Assembly (NCBI GenBank): GCA_010356995.1
Contig: ML996694.1
Span: 1-64,000 of the forward strand
DNA: 64,000 nucleotides
Source of the DNA: Trichodelitschia bisporula
Taxonomy: Eukaryota
Direction of reading: 5' to 3'
A program made the position numbers and the translations under genes. The notes under the pieces are model-generated. The model saw only the letters and a list, made by a program, of their open reading frames with translations. It did not search any database and was not told the DNA's origin. This document shows positions 35,018-46,724 of the stretch, in pieces. Positions within the stretch are counted from its first letter, which is position 1, and each line of letters opens with the position of its first letter.

Positions 35018-36363
35018 TCAAGCACTAACACCCACCACCTCTTCCTCCTCCCACGCCGCATAGTCCGTATATCCCCTCTCCCTATCCGGGAACGGTCCAT
35101 AGAAGCGATCCCGCTCATACATCCGCAGCGGCAAGCCCTCCCGCAGCCGCCGCGGCAAGTCCGGATTGCTAATGAACCACCGTCCGAACACAAAGGCGTC
35201 ATACTTCCCCTCCTCCAACACACCCCAAACGTTCTTCTCGTTCCATCCTCCACCGCTGATGAATGGTATTGACTCGCCGAAGATGTTGCGGAAGTGCGAG
35301 AGGTCTACCGAGTCCAGGCCCCACGAGGCGAGGAACGAATCCTTCTCGGCAGTGCTGAAGACTTGCTCGTAACGCTGCGATATGGGTTAGGCTAAAGGAC
35401 CATGCGTGTCGGAATGGCACTCACAGGCTCAATGAAGGAGACGTAAGACAGGTGCGGCTGCCGCGCCTTAAGCTCCCGACACAAGTGCGTCCACGTCTCC
35501 ATCCGCTGTGCGCCTCTAGCCTGATTGAACAAACCAAACGGACTCAGTCTCAACGCCGTCTTCTCCGGCCCAACGGCCTTCGCCAGTTCATCCATCAGCT
35601 CGAGGACAAACTTGCACCGCTTCTCTGGGCTCCCTCCGTAGTCGTCCGTCCGCACATTGCAGTTCGAGCTGAGGAACTGCTCGGGGAGATATCTGCATCA
35701 TCAGTCCCCCTCCACATCCCGAGTTAGCCGCAAAACATACCCATTCCCGCCATGCACCTCCACCCCATCAAACCCACACTCCTCCACCGCCGCCCGCGCC
35801 GCATCACAGTACTCCTGAATCGTATCCCGTATATCCCCCACCGTCATCTCCTTCGGCGGATAATCCACCATCTTCAGCATCTCCGTACTCCCCGGCCGCG
35901 GGTACGAATACTCCTCCTCCGGATCCTCCCATACCACCGCACTGGGGCCTACGGCAGGCACCCCCGTGATCGGCTCCAGCGTCGTACGACCGGAGTGCCA
36001 GAGCTGCGCGTAGATGTACCCGCCTTTGGCATGCACCCGGTCCACAACCTTCTTCCATCCGCTTACATGCTCAGGCAGCCACAAACCAGTCGTGCCCGGC
36101 ATGCCGCCGCCGCGCAAACTCGGCGGAATGCCTTCGGTGATGATCAACCCGCCTGGCGTCGTCCGCTGCTCGTAGTATTCGGCGACGAGGTCGTCGGGAT
36201 ACCATTCGCGGTTCGGCGCATCAGAAGTTCCTTCGCTCACCGGAACCCCGCGATTGCGCGTTAGCGGCGCGAGGATCACGCGATGCTTCAGTTCGAGGGT
36301 TCCATTCCCGATTTTGAGCGGCGTGAAGAGGAGCGAGGACGTGCGGTCTGCGGGAGAAGCCAT
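35018..36363 (-). CDS. Old yellow enzyme family NADH:flavin oxidoreductase
   Basis: LFTPLKIG, HRVILAPLTRNRG, EYYEQR, QLWHSGR, GFDGVEVHGGNG|YLPEQFL, RTDDYGGS, LRLSPFG, FGRWFISNPDLP, GYTDY; two introns. Confidence 0.94.
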
Positions 36364-36861
36364 TGCGAGAGTGAAGACGGTGAAAAGGCGGGAGAGACGC
36401 GAAGGAGGGGCACGCTTAGGGTTTGTAAATACCCCTCCATCGCGGGGTTGCGCGAATACGCCCAAAAAGTTTCCTGCAGATGTCGTGGCGCCCTTTGTCC
36501 GCAGATGCGCCCTATCGGGGCGGCGGCGATTTCTTTTCGTGCCCCGCGGCCGATAAGTCCTCAGCCTCGTGCACGCGCCCGCTGCGTCGGGATGGCTTCC
36601 GTCGGATGGTGCTAGCGAGGCTGGGCGCTTTATCTAAGCGGTGATCGGCGCGGACTGCGCCCCGCGTAGCGAATGCCGATTGCGGGAGGCGGGCGCGGGG
36701 TTCGTGCCGGGTCAATTACGTAGGAGACAAGTAGAATTCACATGCCAATATGCGTGGCGCCGGCGCGCAGTGGGATGCGTCACTGCGATGTCTCTCGCCA
36801 GGACTTGCGGGAAGGGATGCGGCAAAGAAAGCGGTTTAGCAGAATCATGAATTGATTTCAG

Positions 36862-39151
36862 TTAGGCTATCATCGGCACATTCCACAAATCAAAATCCTG
36901 CATCCCATCCGCCGAGCCAAACGGCATCCCCTCATCGTAGGTCTGCACACCGAACTCTGCCTCCTCCATCCCCGTTAACCCGTCCCTCACGCCGCGCGGC
37001 ATCGTCGCCGCCATCAAACTCGCCGCCATCGTGGGGACCAGTACATCGCCATCATCCTCATCCAGCACGATGGGTTCACCTGCCATATCGGCGACCATGC
37101 GCGAGACCTCCTTGCCGCCCTCTTCTGACTGGTCAAGGGAGCCGATAAGCGCGGTGTCCATGCTCCGGATAGCCCGCCGCGGCTCATAGGCATGCGTCTC
37201 AATAGATTCAAACACGGATTGCTTAATCGCCTCGTACATATCCCTATACCGCTTAGCCCCAGGCCAGCGCTCAGTAATGATATATAGCACGATAGAGCAA
37301 GCATTCATATCGTTGCTCGTCGTAATGCTAAACACTTCCTGCGGCGCGGACCAGGTGCAGTACACCAGTGTTAAGCCAGCGAGGAACACAGAATGCAGCG
37401 CCATGAGCGAGAACCCGACGCTGATGCTCTGGTGCAGCTTCTTGTACGTCTGGCACACGCCGCCGCAGGCCTCGGCGCACTTTTTGATCAGGCGGTGGTG
37501 CGCTGTGGGGGCGGACAGGACGGGGTGTAGCAGGAAGCGGAGGCATTTGTAGTAGTAGACCATCTGTGCGGCGGTTAGTTTCTCGACACGATAGGGAAAT
37601 TGGCGGGCTTACGTAGTACCCGTATCCATCGATGACCCGCGTGTCGGTTGTGGCGGACGGCTTATCCGCACTGTGCTGCCGCGCATCGCTCGGAATCCGC
37701 TCCTTCCACTCCTCCAGCTGCCGCAGGAAGGGCTCGACTTCGGCTTCGACGTTGGATCCGAGGGGCGGGCGGTCGACGCGGTAGATGGACTGCTGGATCG
37801 CGGACTCGATGCGCCGCAGCCGGCAGATGTGGATGAAGCAGCTCAGGCTCGTGGAGGTGGCGGAGGGACCGTTGGTGGAGGATGTGGCGGCGGCCGTGGC
37901 GGCGGCTTCGAGAACGAGCGCGTCTTGCGTGGATTCGTCTACGTCCAGCGGGAGCTCGGCGTCGATGTCCCGGTCGGACACAGCGAAGGGTCGCCCGAGC
38001 ACGATGGAGACTTGCCGGTCGAGGCAGTAGCATGTCCAGAAGATGCGTTTGCGCATCTCGCTCTCGAGCAAGGAATACTTCTTGGGCGCGGCGCGGTGCA
38101 TGCCGAGATCGATGCACAACCTCATGGACAGGCCTATGTACGTGTACGCCCCTGGCCCCTTGGGCGAGCGGAGGGAGTAGATAGCGAGCAGAATGAGGAC
38201 TTGCACGGAGCGCACATCGTTGCAGGCTAAGATGCTGTCTAGATACTGCATCCCCGCGAGATGGTGCTGCTCAGAGTAGAACAACCCGGTCTCGCCCGTG
38301 GTTTCGAGGAAGCGCCCGCCGCAGGAGTAGACATGGTGCAGGACGCCCTTTTCGTAGGAATCGGACAGGGAGGAGCGGCGCGCGTGGAGCGAACGCAGGT
38401 ACGCGGAGTGGATGATCGGCCAGCGGGTCGATATGTGCTTCAGGTAGGACCGCAGCAGCGTGTCGGCGACGTCTTGCGGGATGGACGCCGTGTCGACGTA
38501 CACGTCCTCGTCGGCGTCGGAAAGCGATTTAGGGGTGAGATGTTCCTCGGGCCGCAGGCCGCGCCCGAAGGCTTCCTGGTCCTTGAGCAGGCTGCTCACC
38601 ATCCGGGACATGCTGATGCTGGACGACGCGCCGATGAACCCGCCGCTCGCCTCTAGGGACAAGTCGCGCAGTATGCCTTCAAGCGGGTTGGCCACCCGTG
38701 CATGTACATCGACACTCCTCGCAGGCCACCCCCCCTCAGTCCCGGGACTACTCACACTCTCCCCACTCCTCGCGCGTTTCGCCGGCCTCCTCCCCTCCCC
38801 ATTCTCACTCTCCTCACTAAGCGCCTGCTCATTCATCTGTCTCCATCTCTCATTCCCCTCCGTCACAATCCCCTCCTTCTCCAAAATGCTCTCCAACTCC
38901 GCGACCCTCTCCTCCGTAGCCTTGAGATACGGATCCGTGCGTGACATGCGCGCCGGCTTGATGTATTTGCATTCCGCGTCGAAGGATGTGCAGTTCGAGC
39001 AGCTGGGGCGCAGGCCGTCGCATTTTTGCTTGCGGGTTTTGCACCGCCGGCAGGCGAGGGCGACGCGGGCTCGCCGGGGCTTGTCGCCGGTAGTACTGGT
39101 GGTGGTGGTGGTGGTGGAGGCGGGGGGGGAGATGGGTTTAGCCATTGTCAT
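36862..39151 (-). CDS. Zn(II)2Cys6 transcription factor with fungal-specific TF middle domain, reminiscent of UaY/Ppr1-type regulators
   Basis: ACRRCKTRKQKCDGLRPSCSNCTSFDAEC; MRLCIDLGMHR, EMRKRIFWTCYCLDRQVSIVLGRPFAVSDRDID; intron 37612-37564 joins GYY|MVYYYK. Confidence 0.93.
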
Positions 39152-39568
39152 TGCGGTGATGGGGGGATGATGGAGGGGGAGGGGGGGAATGGGGCGGGGG
39201 AGTGTGTGTGAGGTTCATATCTGCTTGTATCCTAGCGGTATCGCCCATTTCTTTAGAGGCCTTACGAATTGGTGCAGTATGCAGGTCGCTTCGGCGAGTT
39301 GTGGTAAGTCGAGTCGAGGAGGCGAGAGATAAGGAGTGGAGTCGTCATCGGGAATTGATATCCGGGGATGCACGTGTTCTGGAGTAGAACGCCGCTGGTG
39401 AGATTTCGCCGCACTGCCGCAAAGCTGACACTCGTCCTTGACGTCTCGTTGACATCGCTCGCTTACTCGCCACACGATATCGTTCGCATCACTAGTCGTC
39501 GTGACAGCAATTGCATCATCTCATCCCATCTCTACTCGTTAACCGTGCCCGATAACCATCTACAGCAT

Positions 39569-41453
39569 CTACAACGTCCCCTTCTCCCAAAACGCCACCG
39601 GCACATCAACCTCCTTGCACCGCAAATACTCCGCAATAAACTTGCCCAGCACATCATACGTAGCATTCGCCGTAACCCCACGATCCAAATGGTCATGAAT
39701 GAGGAAATGTACCGCCCACAAATTGGGAAACTCCATCCGGTCGATCCTCTGCCCTCTGTACTCCTCCTCCATCAGCGCCTTGAACTTCTCCGTGCTCAAC
39801 AGGCTCTGTAGCCACGGCCATTCCTCCGCATCCCTCGCAATGAAGCCAACATTGCAATTCGATCCCTTATCGCCGGCCCGCGCATACACCACCCGCCCCA
39901 GCGGCGCCCGCAACGTGGGCCCGAAACTAGCCAAATCGGCGGGGTTGCTCGCCTCGTAGCTAGGCTGGGTCGCGGGGTGCACGATGGTGTCAGTGGGGGG
40001 CCGCACCGTGACATCCCCCATCTCCGGTTTCGAAAAATGGACCGTCTGTGTGGGTTGCGGGATCAAGGTGGGGAAGTACTCAGTAAACTGCAGGTCAGAC
40101 GTTAGCTCCACTTCCTTATCAAAACGCCACAAAACTTACCGGTTTAGGCACCGCTGTGCGCAGATCCGTGTGGAATGTCGCGGCGGGATAGGTGTGCATG
40201 TTCATGTCCAGCGCCGGGCGGACGAAGTTCGCGTCCGAGAGATCCTCCGCGTGCCTGGCTTGCGCAAACAACCGCACGTCCACCGTCGCGAGGTTCTGGT
40301 TCCGCGGGTTGGGCAGCACGCCGCCGTATGCCGTCACCGTGAAGAGGCTGAACTTGGCCAGGCGCTTCTCGCCCAGCGTGTGCCGCAGCTGCGCCTCCAG
40401 AAGCTTGACCTTGTCCTCGATGTCCAGCCCGACCATAGCCCAGTGGATCTCAGCCTGATACCCACCAAACGCCGTAAGACCCATCTTAGTCGTGCCCGGC
40501 GGCGGCCTGCCCGTAACGCCAGACAACCGCACTCGGTTCGGCGCCAGTTCGGTGAAGGTCGCCTTGTCGATAACGGCCGTGACGTCGCAGTTGAGATAGT
40601 ACATCCCCTGGATCTCATACAGCAACTGCTCCTTGCACGTGTTGACTGAAACCAGACCGCCGGTCCCCTCGGGCTTGGTAATGACGACGCCGCCGTCCTT
40701 TGAGATCTCGGCAATGGGGTAGCCGTAGTCGTTGATCTGGTCCCAGGGGATGGACTTCCACCCGGTGAAGTTGCCCCCCGTAACGTACACCGAGCACTCG
40801 ATCAGATGTCCCGCAATCAGGGACTGCGCCAGCTGGTCGTAATCCGTTCGCTGCCAGCCATGCCACCACGCCGCCGCGCCGATGATGGGCGACGCATCGG
40901 CGACGCGCCCGCAGATGACGATGTCGGCGCCCGCTCCGAGCGCCGCCGCAATACCCATCCCACCGAGGTAGCACTGCGCGAACACCGGCTCAAACGGCCA
41001 ATCCGCCAGGTTCTGCCCCGTGGAGATATGCACAAACTTCCCGGGATTAGCTTGCAACTCGCCCTTCACCTTCTCCAGCAGCGCATCGCCCTCAACCCAC
41101 GCAACCACCAGATCGAGTCCCTTCTCCTTCACCATATCCACCACCACATCGTACAGATCCTTCGTGGCCACCGCGCCGGCATTGACGGCCACCTTGATGC
41201 CTTTGCGCGCAATGTCGCCCAGCGCCGGCTCCAGCGCTTCGAGGAACGATTCTTCGTACCCGATGCTCGCGCCCTGGGAGGCGTTGTAGGCGCGGGTTGG
41301 CATGTTGAGCTCGCTCATCCAGTCGCCGACGAGCACGTCGACGGGCTCGGCCATGGCAGCCGCTGCGGCCATGGCGGTGCGTTTGTCGCAGGGTGAGCCA
41401 CTGATATTCATGATCCGCACTGGGCGGTCGCGGGAGGGGGTAGAGATGGCCAT
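39569..41453 (-). CDS. AtuA / DUF1446 family protein (acyclic terpene utilisation family)
   Basis: RPVRIMNISG, VGDWMSE, GADIVICGRVADAS, AGHLIECSVYVTGGNF, EQLLYEIQG, ARAGDKGSNCNVG; intron ~40139-40091. Confidence 0.92.
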
Positions 41454-41927
41454 GGTGGATGATTTGAGAGGGTGAGAGGGTGAAAACGCTTGCCAGAACC
41501 AAGCAGACGCAGTGGATCAAATATGAGCTCCATCTTTCGTTAACTGTGATTTTAGGACTGTGATTGCAGCCGCATCGATGTCCCGTCGAAGAATGCGATA
41601 CCGAAAATCCAATGCGATACCGATCCGTGCGCGGCTCGGCAGCCTTGCCACCTGCCGTCGGAAGGACTTCCGAAGACATCATTCCCACTTGGGCAAAGGT
41701 TCGCTCTGCAACCCGCCGGAATGAAGGCTCTTCGTTCTCGAATGCCTTGCGTCACCTAAGCTCCGACGAGGCTGCTCCCGCCCGTCGGGTTGCCTGCCAC
41801 CGGTTCGAGCGCACATCGAGATTCAGTATGTACATCGCTGCGATCCCGTTTTGCGTGTCAAACTCCCATATATCATCGATTAATTCTATCCATCTTCATC
41901 AAGTGCCAAAAGAGATCACTCACAATC

Positions 41928-43204
41928 ATGTCCACCATGTCGACTTATCCTCCTCGCCCGCAGCTGGACCGCAAAAGCGCAAAGAACCTCCGCATCCAAA
42001 TCCGGAAAGTCATCAGCCTTTTCCGCACAAAATCCCAGCGCCGCCTATCATCCCCAAAAGTGTGGCTTGGAGATGAGAAACTCCCCACAGTCGTCGAAAT
42101 CACATGCTCCACCCCAGACATCCCAACATCCCAAACCGCCCTCGTCGTCGCACGCAAAGGCGAGTACGAATTGCGCTCCAACCATGACATGCCCAAGCTC
42201 GAGTCCGACGACGAAGTCATCATCCGCACCCACGCCGTCGGCCTCAACCCCATAGACTGGAAATCTGTCTCTTACAACTTCTGCTTGCCCTCCTTCCCTC
42301 ATGTTCGTCCCTTCCCCCTCCAACCTCTCATTTGACCCCTAACCTTTCGCAGATAACCGGCCGCGAAATGGCTGGCGTCGTCGAACGTGTAGGCACCAAC
42401 GTCACACACCTCCAGCCCGGCGACCCCGTCTGGACAAGCACCTACTACCGCGATCCCCGCGCCGGCTGTTTCCAGGAGTACGTCACCGTGCCGCAACACA
42501 CCGTGCACCCAATCCCGCGCGGGCTATCTTTCGAAGAGGCCTCGTGCCTTGGCGTCGGCGCTCTGACCGCCGCTATGACGCTGTGGAAGTGGCTCGATGT
42601 ACCGGTGTCTGACGCCGCGGCTTCAGAGGTTAGGGGAGAGGGGGAGGGGGAGTGGATCTTCATCTGGGGCGGCAGTACCGTCACCGGCCAGTTCGCGACG
42701 CAAATCGCGAAGCTGGGTGGCTTGCGCGTGATCACCGTGTGTAGTGGTCGGACAGCCGAATTGTCCCGCGCGCTCGGGGCCGACCACGTCGTTGTGCGGG
42801 ACGGGCGGGCTGAGGCCGACATCCTCGCCGAAGTAGAGCGTGTGACAGCGGGGGGTGTAACGCGGATGCTCGATCTCGTCGGGCCGAAGACAGCGGCGGC
42901 GTGTGTTCGGCTTTGTATGAGCGAGAGTCAGAAGGGCAGGAGGGTGGTGTTTGCGCCGCTGGCGATGATCGGGAAGGAGGAGGTGCTGGAGTGGGTGGAG
43001 GTAGTTACGGTGGAGATGAAGCGGTTTGTGTTGAATGTTGAGTGCGGAGAGTATGGGCGGCGGTTGAATGACTTGTTTGAGGCGAGCGAGTTGAAGTTGC
43101 CTGAGCTGGAGGTTTTGCGGGGCGGGCTGAGTGTGGTAGAGCAAGGACTGGAGATGTTGAAACTGGGGAATATGGGAGGGAAGAAACTTGTGGTGGCCAT
43201 GTAA
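41928..43204 (+). CDS. Medium-chain dehydrogenase/reductase, zinc-independent enoyl/quinone-reductase-like
   Basis: AVGLNPIDWK, GREMAGVVERVG, IFIWGGSTVTGQFATQIAK, RALGADHV, GKKLVV; intron ~42303-42352. Confidence 0.9.
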
Positions 43205-44524
43205 TGTTCGACTCGGTTTTGGTGCATGGAGTTCGGGGTATAGACTGTTTTTGGATGTCAAAATGTAGATAGGAACACTGAAGCATCACGCCGCCGGTCA
43301 CATACCTGACACTTTGTGTACGGATGTAGACTCAGGCTAGCAGAATACGCCTTCGCCCAGCGAGTAACAGGAGGATGTGCTCAAGGTACGTGCAAAGGCA
43401 ACGAGTGTATCGTGAATGTATTGTGAATGACAAGAACAGATGAGAGAGGCGATCTTGTCCGCGTCTTCCAGGGTTCCTTCCATTATCTCCCCAGCCACTT
43501 CCCCGGTTCCGAATACTCCTTCCAAGAGTATGAGTGCTCCTTCACTGTGATTACATGCGGGACTTCAAGGGAAGACGGAGCAATGTGACCGTACCCCGCT
43601 CAGTACGAGGCTGGAGCGACGGGCAACGGGATCTTGCTCTCAGTATTTAAGCCACGTCCACAATGAAAACTTTCCAATCCATCCTGCTCATCATCAATCA
43701 ACTGAAATCGGCCACACCCCCCTTCATCCATCAATCATCAATCAATCAATCAGCCACTCAAGTATGGATCCTCTGCTGATGGAAGCTCTGGCTATCCGTT
43801 AGTTGTCCAACTAGTTCACGATCCATCAGCTGACACGTCGGCCTCTCAGCAGGTTCAAAGGCCCCGAGCGGCTCACGCAAGAGCAACTTCCCGTCAGCAA
43901 GGGCAAATCCGAGCCCCAGCACCATGGCAGCAACCGCGGCGGAACAGCGGTCCCAACAGACGACTCTGTAGGGCCGACCGCAACGACAATATGCACTCGA
44001 TCATCCACCTCGCGACCACATTCGCGACCAGTGTCAAGTATGCCTCTTCTCAGATCCTGCTGGCGAACTTCATCCTGCATATCGACGTGCATGCGGCTGA
44101 ATGCCTGAGGGGCCGAGATGCATCAAGCCTTTTCGCGGGCCTGGTATCATCGATGCACCACCATACGTGGACCCGAAACGTAGATAATGGAATCGGCAAC
44201 AGTCAAAGCTTTGACGGCACCCCTCACCTTTGTGGATCAGCAGTGTCCCAGTATCCTACTGGTTATCCAGCACGGGCTGGACATTTCTATCACGTTGGCA
44301 AGGTACGGCCGAAGTATGTTGAATCCATTCTTGACGGGGGGAGTCCCCATCTTTCTGGCAGGGCAATATCATCTGCTCGAAGAACTGGAGACAACACCAT
44401 CGACAAACAAAATTTATGCAACGCCATCGGACGACTCAGAGGAAAATAGACACAAGCTCACGACTGTGAGCCACCGCGGACAAGAGTCGTACGGGGTAGC
44501 GCCAATGTGATTCAGGGTAGCCAG

Positions 44525-44655
44525 GGTCGATCGGTCATGATATGTTGACTGCTTTCTTCGGTGAAAATGTTGCGGGCGAGCTTATGACGGCACGTGTCTT
44601 ATTCTTTTCTTTGTCTATACTCTCAGGCGGTGGGGGAGCGTCTCGAGATAAAAGG
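44525..44655 (+). pseudogene. Second HNH_2-like remnant
   Basis: GHDMLTAFFGENVAGELMT aligns with GPDMLIALFGESAKDEMMS at 34006-34063 and is followed by the same T-rich/GGAGCGTCTCGAGATA sequence. Confidence 0.5.
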
Positions 44656-44778
44656 CTCACAGGCCATCCGCGTTGACGACAACTATTCAGATTGGGGCGT
44701 ACAACGTGAAATCCCGGAATGCTGCACGACACCGATGGCAAGTTATGAAAATATCAATTCATCTGTCGGAGTATCATA

Positions 44779-46281
44779 CTATGTAGACCCATTCAGAACC
44801 GGCACCTCGACGCCGTTCTTCTTCCCCTCCTTCTCCGCCTGCTCCTTCTTCCACGCCTCAATCGTGTCACCCTCAAACCCGCTCCCATACACAAACTTGT
44901 GCCCGTAGTGATCATCCCGCAGCTTCGCCTGTCCCTTGACACCATACAAGTTCTCCCGCAGCGACCCACCCGGCACCTCATAATCATCGCTCACCAGCCC
45001 ACGCTTCAACAGCTCCGGCCGCAGCAAATACACCACATCCTCAAACGTCCCCGGGCTCGTCACATACGCAATATTGAACCCATCGACATCAGCCTCGTCG
45101 ATCCACTGCTCAAACACATCGGCCACCATCTCCGGCGTCCCGACGGGCGCAGGGTGGAATCCGCCCAAAGCCATGGTCTGCCCGAGCCGGCGCGGCGTCC
45201 AGGGTTCCTTGTTCCCAGTCGCCTTGTTGAAGTTCTCGAGGAAGGTGTGCGTTGCGTCATCGCCTGGCTTGTCCGTCAGGTGCAGGACTTCGTCGAGGGG
45301 GAAGCGGGAAAGGTCGATGCCTGTGAAGCCTGAGAACTGTGCCAAGCCGCCGATGGGGTCGGCGTTCTCGAGCGCCCGCTCGTACTTGGCCTGCGCCTCT
45401 TCCATCGTCGCGCCGAGGATGGGGGTGATGCCCACGAAGAACTTGATGGACTGTGAGTCGCGGCCTTGCGCAGCGGCGTCGGCGCGGATCTGCGCCACGG
45501 AGCCCGCGGTCTGAGAAGGGACGAGTCCGCCGATGTAAATGGCTTCCGCGTGCTTGGAGCCGAAGGCACGGCCGGCCTTGGAGGTCCCGGCCTGGAAAAT
45601 GACGGGGGTGCGCTGGGGCGAAGGATGGGTTTGGTGCGGCGAGCTGGCCTTGAGGTACTTCCCCTGATGATCGATCTTCTTAACCTTGCTCGGCTCGTAC
45701 GCAACGCGGCGCTCGCGATCAAACACCACGGCATCGTCCGCCCACGAACTCTCCCAGAACTTGTACACCAGGTCCATGTACTCGTGCGCCACGGCGTAGC
45801 GCTCGTCGTGCGGGACTACATCGTCGGCGCCCAGCGCTTTGGCGGCGGCTTTGCTCCAGCTGGTGACTACGTTCCAGGCAACGCGCCCGTTGGTCAGGTG
45901 GTCGAGGGAGGTGAAGGTGCGGGCCAGGATGTAGGGCGTGAGGTAGGAGGTGCTGCCTGTGACGCCGAAGCCAAGGGTTTTGGTCACGGCGGCCATGGCG
46001 GGGATTATGACCATGGGATCGAGGGAGGCGGAATGCGAGCCGGCGCGGAGGATGGCGTCGGTGTTTCCGCCGTAGACGTCGAAGAGGGAGTAGGAGTCGG
46101 CGAAGAATATGAAGTTAATTTTGCCTTTTTCGGCGAGCTTTGCGAGGTTGAGCCAGTACTCGAGGCGGTCTTTGCCGGTGGTTTTGTCGTCGGGGTCGCG
46201 CCATTGCCCTGGGGACATGTGGGAGCCTGTGCAGGCGTTTTCGAAGAAGTTGAGGGAGATTTTCTTCTTGGGGGTGACCAT
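44779..46281 (-). CDS. Luciferase-like FMNH2-dependent monooxygenase, NtaA/SnaA/DszA family
   Basis: LAKLAEKGKINFIFFAD, ARTFTSLDHLTNGRVAWNVVTS, HDERY, PSPQRTPVIFQAGTS, VGTPEMVAD, DVDGFN, SLRENL; intronless. Confidence 0.94.
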   Translation of the reverse strand: MVTPKKKISLNFFENACTGSHMSPGQWRDPDDKTTGKDRLEYWLNLAKLAEKGKINFIFFADSYSLFDVYGGNTDAILRAGSHSASLDPMVIIPAMAAVTKTLGFGVTGSTSYLTPYILARTFTSLDHLTNGRVAWNVVTSWSKAAAKALGADDVVPHDERYAVAHEYMDLVYKFWESSWADDAVVFDRERRVAYEPSKVKKIDHQGKYLKASSPHQTHPSPQRTPVIFQAGTSKAGRAFGSKHAEAIYIGGLVPSQTAGSVAQIRADAAAQGRDSQSIKFFVGITPILGATMEEAQAKYERALENADPIGGLAQFSGFTGIDLSRFPLDEVLHLTDKPGDDATHTFLENFNKATGNKEPWTPRRLGQTMALGGFHPAPVGTPEMVADVFEQWIDEADVDGFNIAYVTSPGTFEDVVYLLRPELLKRGLVSDDYEVPGGSLRENLYGVKGQAKLRDDHYGHKFVYGSGFEGDTIEAWKKEQAEKEGKKNGVEVPVLNGST

Positions 46282-46724
46282 GGTTGCGGTTTGAGGGGTT
46301 GAGGAACTGAGGGGGGGGTTTCTGGGGGTGATGATGCGGATGCTGGTGAAGTGCTCCAGAGGAAATGGTTTATGTACTCCATCCTCGCGACAGGATCCGC
46401 AATTCGGGTTGCGATTGTTGAACGTCGGGCGGATTGTTGAATGCGGCACGATACCATCGCGTGGTGTTGTGAAGCCGTCGCGTAGTCCCCAGCCGTCGGC
46501 ATCGGAAGTAGAAACCGAAGCGGGCCGTGCTCCCGACGAGGCTGCGACGGATGGGGCAATTGGGGCTTTATTCCCGGATCGGCGGGGCTAACGGCATCAA
46601 CTAACGGGACAGCCACCGACGCCAGCGACTAGCGTAATCGTGCGTGTGTTCAGCCTAGCAAAAGGTTCGCGACTCCCACCTCCAACCCGATGTCTACACT
46701 TTTGCGTCGGGTACACAGAAAATC

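Noticed and set aside
43680..43755. ATCA-type microsatellite (also an 18-bp repeat at 54018-54059 and a GCC run at 4180-4213)
   Set aside because: Ordinary low-complexity sequence.
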